In this document: positions 54,759-62,393 of the stretch, piece by piece
Numbering within the stretch: the first letter of the stretch is position 1
Layout of the letters: every line of letters begins with the position of its first letter
Assembly (NCBI GenBank): GCA_903873915.1
Contig: CAIQQH010000100.1
Location: 17,759 to 81,758 of the forward strand
DNA length: 64,000 nt
Source of the DNA: an uncultured Flavobacteriia bacterium
GTDB taxonomy: Bacteria; Bacteroidota; Bacteroidia; Flavobacteriales_D; Crocinitomicaceae
Reading direction: 5' to 3'
Position numbers and translations under genes: made by a program
The notes under the pieces: model-generated
Told to the model about the DNA's origin: nothing
The model's input: the letters and a program-made list of their open reading frames with translations, nothing else
Databases searched by the model: none

Positions 54759-54843
54759 TGATGTGTGTTAAAAAGTTGGGTGCGTGAAATTACGGAAAAT
54801 CGATGGACTTTGAAATCTCCGCGTGCATCGCTGCGTTTTTGCG

Positions 54844-54851
54844 TATTTTTG
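54844..54851 (+). promoter_or_regulatory. -7 promoter box TATTTTTG for the 54867 membrane-protein/cytochrome c operon
   Basis: Exact TAnnTTTG 15 nt upstream of ATG 54867. Confidence 0.45.
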
Positions 54852-54866
54852 TAAAAATTCTAAAAA

Positions 54867-55301
54867 ATGGAAATTCTAAAATACACACACAGCGGCCTTC
54901 GTTGGGTCGTTCTAGCACTACTTATCGGAGCAATTATCAACGCAATTGCAGGAAAATCGAGAACCTACGAAAAGAAAGACAAGATGCTGAATCTTTTTGC
55001 CATGGTCTCCTTGCACATCCAATTATTGCTTGGATTGGTATTGTATTTTACAAGTCCCCGCGTTAAGTTTTTTGACGGTTGGATGAAAGACGCCAGTTTC
55101 CGTTTTTATGGAATGGAGCATATCCTCATGATGGTCATCGCTATTGCCTTAGTTACAATTGGTCACAGCAAAGCGAAAAAGCAAAGCGAATCCGCAAAGA
55201 AATTCAGCATCATTACTCTATGGTATTCTATTGCCTTATTGGTTATTCTTGCTGCTATTCCGTGGCCATTCCGCGAAGCACTAGGAGGAAAATGGTTCTA
55301 A
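54867..55301 (+). CDS. Hypothetical 4-TM membrane protein
   Basis: Four hydrophobic helices with conserved-looking His residues (SLHIQ, MEHI, IGHS). Overlaps the downstream cytochrome c gene by 10 nt. Confidence 0.5.
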   Translation: MEILKYTHSGLRWVVLALLIGAIINAIAGKSRTYEKKDKMLNLFAMVSLHIQLLLGLVLYFTSPRVKFFDGWMKDASFRFYGMEHILMMVIAIALVTIGHSKAKKQSESAKKFSIITLWYSIALLVILAAIPWPFREALGGKWF

Positions 55302-55636
55302 GAAATTCCATTGCCACCCTGTGTGCCGCTTTGCTGTTGAATGCCTGTTCGGGGGAAAATTCAGTAAAAGAAAGCACCAAAGAAGAAACCCTAGCACCCA
55401 CTGAAAATAAAGTTGGTCAGAAATTGTTCACTGAAAATTGCGCGCAATGCCATGGAAATGATGGAAAATTAGGTGCATCGGGCGCCTCTGACTTGAGTGC
55501 TTCCGTATTGGATGATCCAGAATTAACAAAAGTCATTACCAAAGGCCGCAATGCCATGCCCGGAATGGGACCCATCTTAGGGAAGAAAAAATCAATCAAC
55601 GCTGTCGTAGACTACGTCAAGGAACTGAGAAAATAA
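55292..55636 (+). CDS. Class I c-type cytochrome lipoprotein
   Basis: Lipobox LLLNAC, haem-binding CAQCHG, distal Met region RNAMPGMG. Start is ATG 55292 within track ORF 55079..55636. Confidence 0.8.
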   Translation: MVLRNSIATLCAALLLNACSGENSVKESTKEETLAPTENKVGQKLFTENCAQCHGNDGKLGASGASDLSASVLDDPELTKVITKGRNAMPGMGPILGKKKSINAVVDYVKELRK

Positions 55637-56835
55637 TGAGCAACGAACATGTTACCGTGGATGCAGTCGATGAGACCTGTGTGCTTGTGGGGATTATAAC
55701 ACCCGAAATCAAGGAAGAAACCGCGCACGAATACCTCGACGAACTGGAATTTCTCGCTGAGACTGCCGGGGCCATTACCATGAAAAAGTTCTTGCAAAAA
55801 TTGCCCATGGCGAACCCTCGCACCTTTGTGGGAACGGGTAAGTTGGAAGAAATAAAAGAATACGTCAAGGAACACCACATTGAGTTGGTCATTTTTGACG
55901 ATGAACTTTCGCCTTCCCAGCTGCGCAACATTGAGCGTGAACTGGAATGTAAAATCCTCGATCGCAATATTTTAATCCTCGATATTTTTGCCAGTCGTGC
56001 GCGCACTTCGCATGCCAAAACACAGGTTGAATTGGCGCAGCTGCAGTACATGTTGCCACGACTAACCCGCATGTGGACACACCTCGAACGGCAAAAAGGA
56101 GGAATTGGACTTCGAGGTCCGGGGGAGTCGCAGATTGAATCGGATCGTCGAATCATTCAAACGCGCATCGCCTTGATGAAAGAAAAGCTGCGTGAAATCG
56201 ACAAACAAATGTCCGTGCAACGAGGCAATCGCGGTCAACTTGTCCGTGTCGCATTGGTGGGCTACACCAACGTAGGTAAGAGTACGCTCATGAATTTATT
56301 GTCGAAGTCGGATGTCTTTGCCGAGAACAAGCTTTTTGCCACGCTCGATACAACGGTACGCAAGGTCGTGATTCAGAACATGCCCTTCCTACTTACCGAT
56401 ACCGTAGGATTCATTCGAAAGTTACCCCATCATTTGATCGAGTCCTTCAAAAGCACCTTGGATGAAGTCCGTGAGGCAGATTTGTTGGTGCATATCTTGG
56501 ACATTTCACACGAGAACTTTGAGGATCATTTCCAAGTGGTGAACGAGACCTTGAGCGAATTGGACAAAACGGAAAAGCCCGTAATTCTAGTATTTAATAA
56601 GATTGATGCCTATCATCCCATTGAAAAAGAAGAGGACGATCCATCGCCGCGCACGGAAGAGAATTTCACTCTTGACGAGCTAAAGAAAAGCTGGATGGCG
56701 AAGATGAACAATACGCAATGTGTGTTTATTTCAGCGCAGGACAAAGAGAACATCGAAGAACTGAAGGAAATCATCTACGAGAAGGTGAAGCAGATTTTCA
56801 AGGTAAGGTATCCCTACAACAATTTCTTGTATTGA
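55636..56835 (+). CDS. hflX: GTPase HflX
   Basis: HflX N-domain (...LQYMLPRL...GGIGLRGPGESQIESDRR), G1 GYTNVGKSTLMN, G3 DTVGF, G4 NKID. TAATG overlap with the cytochrome c stop. Confidence 0.9.
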   Translation: MSNEHVTVDAVDETCVLVGIITPEIKEETAHEYLDELEFLAETAGAITMKKFLQKLPMANPRTFVGTGKLEEIKEYVKEHHIELVIFDDELSPSQLRNIERELECKILDRNILILDIFASRARTSHAKTQVELAQLQYMLPRLTRMWTHLERQKGGIGLRGPGESQIESDRRIIQTRIALMKEKLREIDKQMSVQRGNRGQLVRVALVGYTNVGKSTLMNLLSKSDVFAENKLFATLDTTVRKVVIQNMPFLLTDTVGFIRKLPHHLIESFKSTLDEVREADLLVHILDISHENFEDHFQVVNETLSELDKTEKPVILVFNKIDAYHPIEKEEDDPSPRTEENFTLDELKKSWMAKMNNTQCVFISAQDKENIEELKEIIYEKVKQIFKVRYPYNNFLY

Positions 56836-56961
56836 TACTACAATTAAATGAATTAATACCCATTTCTGGATTTTAATTACATTATCGCCTCATAACATGC
56901 CGATTGCAGTTTATTTGGATTTACTTTTTAGGTAAACACCTTTAAATGAATAAGTTATTAT

Positions 56962-57804
56962 TTAAATTGGAGTAATCCTAATATACTGTATTATCTGTGT
57001 AGGTTGTGAGTTTTCGTTAAAAAGACTCTTACGACTAAATACCTTAGCATAAAAATTACCATCAGAACCCCAAAACATATCGTCAACTGTTCTATCAAAT
57101 TCCCCATCTACATAGATATGTTCCCAATAGGGTTCCCAATATTTAGGCGCTCCTGAAATGATTTCTTTGATTTTTCCATTTGAAATTTCGAAATATCCTA
57201 AAAAAACTTCTCCATAAGAACTACAAACCAAAATTATGTGCTTTTTGTCATGCGAAATATATGGAAAGGCAGGGAAATGACCTATTTCTTCCCCCTTATT
57301 TTTATCAATGAATAAAAAACTTTGTTGTTCCCATTCATGTCTTTGAATGAAATAACTGTTTAGAAATTCTATTTGTCCTAAGTAAGTGTGACTTTGATAA
57401 CCATCGCCAACTTCGATTGATGTTTGGTCTTTCAGGGTAACTACTTTACTATCACACTTCAATTTTAAAACACCATTGATCTTTTTGTGATCTGTTGCAT
57501 CCTCAAAAACTATATTAACCCTAGTTTCTCTTTTTGAATCGAATAGTGTTTTTTCAATCAATTCAAACTTAAAAAATTCCTTTAGAGAATAATCTTCTCC
57601 GCTTATCTGCACACTTTTTTGATTAACATCCAAGTAATCAAACACATTCAAATCCGATTCTTCTAAAGAATCGGAAACGTCTGAAACACTTTGATTATGC
57701 TTTGAGGTATTTGATTTTGTTAATTGAAAATTTTTATTCGAATCAATTGAAAATCTAAATGCAAAGACAATCAAACATAAACACAAAAAAACAGTCAATT
57801 TCAT
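56962..57804 (-). CDS. Hypothetical secreted protein (280 aa), AT-rich gene
   Basis: N-terminal hydrophobic signal. No recognisable motif; in particular no PorP/SprF QD.hFSqY..NPA motif. Lies 16 nt downstream of the type-B T9SS cargo gene. A hand-counted line gives about 25% G+C. Confidence 0.5.
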   Translation of the reverse strand: MKLTVFLCLCLIVFAFRFSIDSNKNFQLTKSNTSKHNQSVSDVSDSLEESDLNVFDYLDVNQKSVQISGEDYSLKEFFKFELIEKTLFDSKRETRVNIVFEDATDHKKINGVLKLKCDSKVVTLKDQTSIEVGDGYQSHTYLGQIEFLNSYFIQRHEWEQQSFLFIDKNKGEEIGHFPAFPYISHDKKHIILVCSSYGEVFLGYFEISNGKIKEIISGAPKYWEPYWEHIYVDGEFDRTVDDMFWGSDGNFYAKVFSRKSLFNENSQPTQIIQYIRITPI

Positions 57805-57820
57805 AATTAAATAGAATTAA

Positions 57821-60067
57821 TTAACGCACCAAATGTAAGAATCCATGTCCTTCCAAGAAGGCACCATTCAATCCATCCACACGGTACTTGTAGAAATACA
57901 CCCCTTCTAGGCAATCCGCACCAGATTGTGCTTTCCCGTTCCAAGCTGGGTTGATTCCTGTGTTTTCGTACACCGTATTCCCCCAACGATTCAAGACCGT
58001 CAAAGTAATGGATATTGAGTTTGTAGTTGTCAAGAAAAACAAATCGTTCGCGTCATCACCATTCGGAGAGAATACGTTTGGCACCTCAACGGTTGGAATT
58101 GGGTATTCACATGAACCATCGTCGACAGTTGCCAATGGGTTGTAATTGATTCCTAGCGGATCCGTACAGCCACAAATACTGATCGTAATTGCTTGGTACG
58201 AAGTATCCGCACATGGTCCTTCTGAGGCAATGAGTCGAATCACACCCGACTCAGCAAAAATTTGGTTCTGCGGATCCATGTTCGTCACCGTAGCTGTTGT
58301 TCCATTGCCAAAGTCCCACGCGAAATTTGACGCATTTTGACTCGCATTGACAATCGTCACGGACAATGGCGAACAACCTGCTGGAGGCGTTGCAGAGAAC
58401 TGCGCAATTGGTGGATTCAAGATGTCAACGAACATACTGTCGAAGACTTCACAAACGTTGTCAGCAACGTGCAAGTAATACCATCCTGAAGAAAGATTTT
58501 CCCACACCGAAGCATCGATGAAACTAGGATTATTCGCACCTGGACCATTCCACGTATAGAATGGAACTCCTGTTTGACCAGAGATAAAGGCTGAGACATA
58601 TCCCGTTGGTAGACAGGTGGCTGGACCCATCCAGATGGTATCTACGGCGAGCGTTTGGTTCAATGCGATGGTCACTGTGTCCGTATTCGAATATCCACAT
58701 GAATTGGTAGCAGTGACGTAATAATCCACTGTACCCGACAAGGTACCCTGAACACTAGGGAAATAAGCCGTTGGTCCTGTTTGACCTCCAGTCCATGAAT
58801 ACGTAAATGGCGGAAAAAGTCCTGTTGCCGAAGCACTAACCAATATCGAATCGTTGGCACAAAGTACTAAGGTATCCGTCTCATCGATTGGAATTGGAAT
58901 AGAATCCAAGATGTACAAGGTTCCAGTTGAAATAATCGTGTCCCCGCAAGACGAAATGGTCATTGCAGTAATAGTGATGTATTCAAAATTGTCAGAAATC
59001 CCATCTGCCAAAGGAGTGATTGTCAACGTGATCGTATCTTGACCAGGCAAGAAGGTGATGGGATTAATCAGGGAATTGTAATCGGTAATTTCAGTAGCTG
59101 TTCCACCGATGTCGTAGCTGATAATCAAGGTGTCGCCCAATTGTGTTTGTGGACGAATGAACATTAAATTCGCATCTGAACATCCTTCGTAAATACTTGT
59201 GTCACCAGACACAGTAGCCACAGCGATTTCAACTGCTTCAGAGCTGAATGAATTCGCTTGCAAGAATACTCCAGAGTCATACGCTTGATCACCGACATTG
59301 GAAATACACAATTTGATGTGGTAGGTTTGTCCGCAGATTACAGAAGCATTCGCGGAAAGAAGCGTTGTCGTCCCGTCATACTGTAACCCATTGGGTGTGT
59401 AGGCCGCATTCGCCAAATTGTTGACGTAATAGCTTGGGTTTTGCGCCGCGCCTGGTCCCACATTATTGATCGTTACAGGGGTAGCACTTCCAGGAATTAC
59501 AGCAATATTCGATCCTCCTGCCGGATAACCCGCCATCGTAAAGGGTCCAGAAACTCCCGGCCCCCAGAGGATAAATCCAAAAGCATCGTTAAATGATGAA
59601 GGCGAAAATTCAGGGTATTCATCCGAACCAAACAGGTAATTAAATGAAATTGTGTCTCCAGCCGGAATAAAGTCAAATTCCAATACCACTCCATTTGTCA
59701 CAGTTCCTGCGGCAATTAAATTTAAGGCTTGGTCTGTAGAAACATTTGCTGTTGCTGGTGTGTTATTGGTGGCACTACCTAATGTGTTTGGACCAATTGC
59801 ACCGACTCCATTTCCAGTAGTCAACAACATACCAGACTGAATTGGAAAGTTCGTATTCCCTGATGTAAAGAAAGTCACGTTTCCCAGAAGACCATTCGCA
59901 TTCGCTGGACTACCATTTACGGTAACATTGGTCGCCGTTACCCCAAATCCGAGCAAAACATTCTGCACCATTTGGTTCGGTGTGAAGGTATTTGTTACTG
60001 TGATTTGCGCTGTAGACGCGAATGAAAATGCAAGAGCACAAACGAACAAAGAAAACTTAGAAATCAT
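57821..60067 (-). CDS. Secreted protein with an N-terminal choice-of-anchor-L-like domain, Ig-like modules and a T9SS type-B C-terminal sorting domain
   Basis: Signal peptide. QNVLLGFGVTATNVTVNG...GMLLTTGNG resembles choice-of-anchor L. C-terminus VPNVFSPNGDDANDLFFL...VLNRWGNTVYE...AWNGK...GVYFYKYRV...GFLHLVR is the type-B CTD pattern. Confidence 0.8.
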   Translation of the reverse strand: MISKFSLFVCALAFSFASTAQITVTNTFTPNQMVQNVLLGFGVTATNVTVNGSPANANGLLGNVTFFTSGNTNFPIQSGMLLTTGNGVGAIGPNTLGSATNNTPATANVSTDQALNLIAAGTVTNGVVLEFDFIPAGDTISFNYLFGSDEYPEFSPSSFNDAFGFILWGPGVSGPFTMAGYPAGGSNIAVIPGSATPVTINNVGPGAAQNPSYYVNNLANAAYTPNGLQYDGTTTLLSANASVICGQTYHIKLCISNVGDQAYDSGVFLQANSFSSEAVEIAVATVSGDTSIYEGCSDANLMFIRPQTQLGDTLIISYDIGGTATEITDYNSLINPITFLPGQDTITLTITPLADGISDNFEYITITAMTISSCGDTIISTGTLYILDSIPIPIDETDTLVLCANDSILVSASATGLFPPFTYSWTGGQTGPTAYFPSVQGTLSGTVDYYVTATNSCGYSNTDTVTIALNQTLAVDTIWMGPATCLPTGYVSAFISGQTGVPFYTWNGPGANNPSFIDASVWENLSSGWYYLHVADNVCEVFDSMFVDILNPPIAQFSATPPAGCSPLSVTIVNASQNASNFAWDFGNGTTATVTNMDPQNQIFAESGVIRLIASEGPCADTSYQAITISICGCTDPLGINYNPLATVDDGSCEYPIPTVEVPNVFSPNGDDANDLFFLTTTNSISITLTVLNRWGNTVYENTGINPAWNGKAQSGADCLEGVYFYKYRVDGLNGAFLEGHGFLHLVR

Positions 60068-60198
60068 AATAGCATGTTATTTAGTACGCTTATAGACAGC
60101 GCTTGTTCTCATTAAGTTGCACGAAATTCGACAAAAAAACGACGAATACCAATTTTTCGCTGAATAATTGCGATTTTTGAGGACCAAAAACCACCAAA

Positions 60199-61587
60199 AT
60201 GAACCAAACGCAAGACTTCATTCAACAACATAAACAGCGATTTTTAGACGAACTCATTGAGCTTCTGAAAATTCCCTCCATATCGGCCGATCCGAGTTAT
60301 TCAGCAAGTGTATACCAGACTGCCGATTCGGTGGCTGATCACTTGACATCCATAGGAATGCACCATGTGGAGATCTGTCAGACGGCTGGATATCCCATCG
60401 TCTATGCGGAATGGACCAAAGATACAAGCTTACCAACAATTTTAGTCTATGGTCACTACGATGTGCAACCGGCAGATCCACTCGAATTGTGGACAAGTCC
60501 CGCCTTCGAACCGGTGATTAAAACGACTGACATCCATCCCGAAGGTGCCATTTTTGCGCGCGGTGCCTGCGACGATAAAGGACAAATGTTCATGCACGTG
60601 AAGGCCGTTGAAGCGATGATCAAATCAGGCGAAATGCCCTGCAACGTGAAATTCATGATTGAAGGTGAAGAAGAAGTCGGCAGCGAAAACCTTGGGATTT
60701 TTGTCAAGGAGAATGTCGAAAAACTGAAGGCAGATGTTATTCTTGTTTCAGATACCGGCATGCTTGCGAACGACACCCCTTCCATTACTACAGGATTGCG
60801 TGGATTGAGTTATGTCGAAGTTGAAGTCACAGGTCCAAACCGCGATTTGCACTCTGGACTTTATGGAGGATGCGTGGCCAATCCAATCAATGTATTGGCG
60901 AAGATGGTGGCTTCATTGCACGATGAAAATATGCACATCACCATTCCTGGATTTTACGACAAAGTCGTTGAACTTTCCGATGAGGAACGCGCAGAAATGG
61001 CCAAGGCACCTTTCTCGCTTGAGAAATACTGCAAGGCCTTGGACATGGAAGATGTGTACGGCGAGGCAGGATATTCGACCATGGAACGCGGATCGATTCG
61101 TCCAACCTTGGATGTCAACGGCATCTGGGGAGGATATACCGGCGAAGGAGCAAAGACGGTGATTGCATCAAAAGCCTATGCTAAAATCTCCATGCGCTTG
61201 GTGCCCGACCAAGATCCAAATGAAATCACGAAACTATTCATGGATCATTTTACGGCCATTGCACCAAAAGGTGTTCGCGTGAAAGTTACACCTCATCACG
61301 GTGGAGAAGCAGCGGTAACACCAATAGATTCAGTGGGATATAAAGCCGCAGCGCTGGCCTACGAGCAAACCTTTGGCAAGCGACCAATTCCGGTGCGCAG
61401 TGGAGGAAGCATTCCCATCGTTGCCATGTTTGAAAAAATACTCGGACTCAAAACCATTTTGATGGGATTTGGTCTCGACAGCGATGCCATTCACTCACCG
61501 AATGAGCACTTCGGTTTGTTCAATTACTACAAAGGCATTGAAACGATTCCTTACTTCTACGCACATTACACCGAATTGACCAAATGA
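60199..61587 (+). CDS. M20-family dipeptidase
   Basis: VYGHYDVQPADP, ARGACDDKGQ, EGEEEVGS motifs of peptidase family M20 (dimerisation-domain type). 462 aa. Confidence 0.8.
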   Translation: MNQTQDFIQQHKQRFLDELIELLKIPSISADPSYSASVYQTADSVADHLTSIGMHHVEICQTAGYPIVYAEWTKDTSLPTILVYGHYDVQPADPLELWTSPAFEPVIKTTDIHPEGAIFARGACDDKGQMFMHVKAVEAMIKSGEMPCNVKFMIEGEEEVGSENLGIFVKENVEKLKADVILVSDTGMLANDTPSITTGLRGLSYVEVEVTGPNRDLHSGLYGGCVANPINVLAKMVASLHDENMHITIPGFYDKVVELSDEERAEMAKAPFSLEKYCKALDMEDVYGEAGYSTMERGSIRPTLDVNGIWGGYTGEGAKTVIASKAYAKISMRLVPDQDPNEITKLFMDHFTAIAPKGVRVKVTPHHGGEAAVTPIDSVGYKAAALAYEQTFGKRPIPVRSGGSIPIVAMFEKILGLKTILMGFGLDSDAIHSPNEHFGLFNYYKGIETIPYFYAHYTELTK

Positions 61588-62069
61588 TCCCAAGAACATG
61601 GTTGCGCCGCATTGCTTTAAGCACACTTGTTCTATTGGGCTTTTCCTCGTGTGCTAGCTATGAAGATTTGGAATTTGAGCGCATGGACGGGTTCAAACTC
61701 GAAAGCATCAAAGGTCGAGAAATCAGCATGAGGGTAGGCGCTGTTGTGACCAACCCGAATTGGTTTGCCATCAAACTATTGCCCAGCACCGTGAAGGTTT
61801 ATCTCGAAGGACAAATGATTGGCGAAGTGCAGCTTAACGAAAAGGTAAAGATCCGCAGGAATCAAGAAAACACACTTTCGGTTCCCTTGAATGCCACCTT
61901 GGAAGACGGCGCGATGTTCACCATGATCCGCTACAGCATGAAAGATACGGTGAGCATCCGCATGACGGGTGATGTCCGCGCTGGAGTGTTCTTCCTATCC
62001 AAGAAAATTGCCATCGACGAAAACCGCAAAATCTCAGGGAAAGAATTGAGGGGAATGGTGGGGAATTGA
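61584..62069 (+). CDS. LEA_2 (NDR1/HIN1-like) family lipoprotein
   Basis: Lipobox LGFSSC, then ...MRVGAVVTNPNWFAIKLLPSTVKVYLEGQMIGEV...TLSVPLNATL, typical of LEA type-2 beta-sandwich proteins. ATGA overlap with the upstream gene. Confidence 0.5.
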   Translation: MIPRTWLRRIALSTLVLLGFSSCASYEDLEFERMDGFKLESIKGREISMRVGAVVTNPNWFAIKLLPSTVKVYLEGQMIGEVQLNEKVKIRRNQENTLSVPLNATLEDGAMFTMIRYSMKDTVSIRMTGDVRAGVFFLSKKIAIDENRKISGKELRGMVGN

Positions 62070-62076
62070 GTGTTTT

Positions 62077-62110
62077 AATTACTAATTACGAGTTACTAAT
62101 TACGAATTGA
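62077..62110 (+). repeat. Tandem heptamer array (about 5 units AATTACT/AATTACG/AGTTACT)
   Basis: Period-7 repeat read directly. It is the reverse complement of the array at 62338..62393. Confidence 0.85.
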
Positions 62111-62142
62111 AAATTTGATGCCTTCGGCTGATAGACAATAGA

Positions 62143-62250
62143 CACTTCCACGCTCTTTGAGCTTCGAAGGACAAGGGACACTTCTTCGCTCTTTGAGCTT
62201 CGAAGGACAAGGGGCACTTCTTCGCTCTTTGAGCTTCGAAGGACAAGGGA
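62143..62250 (+). repeat. Three head-to-tail 36-bp direct repeats CACTTCTTCGCTCTTTGAGCTTCGAAGGACAAGGGA
   Basis: Units at 62143, 62179 and 62215. Taking unit 3 as reference, unit 1 differs at 2 positions and unit 2 at 1. Each contains the palindrome CTTCGAAG and GCTC-TTT-GAGC. There are no spacers between units. Confidence 0.9.
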
Positions 62251-62337
62251 CAAATGACTTGATTGCTCTTCGATTTTTATGGAATCAAGTGATTCGTAAT
62301 TCGTGGCTTCGAGTCTGCTATCGCACCTCAGCCACCA

Positions 62338-62393
62338 AATTCGTAATTCGTAACTAGTAATTCGTAACTAGTAATTGGTAATTGGTAATTAAT
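62338..62393 (+). repeat. Tandem heptamer array (about 8 units AATTCGT/AACTAGT/AATTGGT), inverted relative to 62077..62110
   Basis: Period-7 repeat read directly. The last unit overlaps the TAA stop (62389..62391, minus strand) of the murF-alr gene. Two further units lie at 62292..62305. Confidence 0.85.

Noticed and set aside
62143-62250. Three 36-bp direct repeats considered as a small CRISPR array
   Set aside because: The units are directly head-to-tail with no spacers. There are only three copies, no cas genes in the window and no leader. This is a tandem repeat, not a CRISPR array.
62303-62338. GGCTTCGAGTC...CAGCCACCA resembles a tRNA T-loop and an acceptor end with CCA
   Set aside because: The bases flanking TTCGAGT cannot form a T-stem (GTGGC versus CTGCT). 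There are no D or anticodon arms and no acceptor-stem partner. Only a simple GTGGCT/AGCCAC hairpin is present.
62157-62357. 66-aa ORF (TTG start) encoding SFEGQGTLLRSL three times, considered as a multi-core RiPP precursor or small repeat protein
   Set aside because: The reading frame is a by-product of the 36-bp tandem repeat: two of the three plus-strand frames (all but the one hitting a TGA in each unit) and all three minus-strand frames stay open across the units. It has a non-ATG start, no promoter box, no adjacent modification or export genes, and it lies in a convergent 3' gap.
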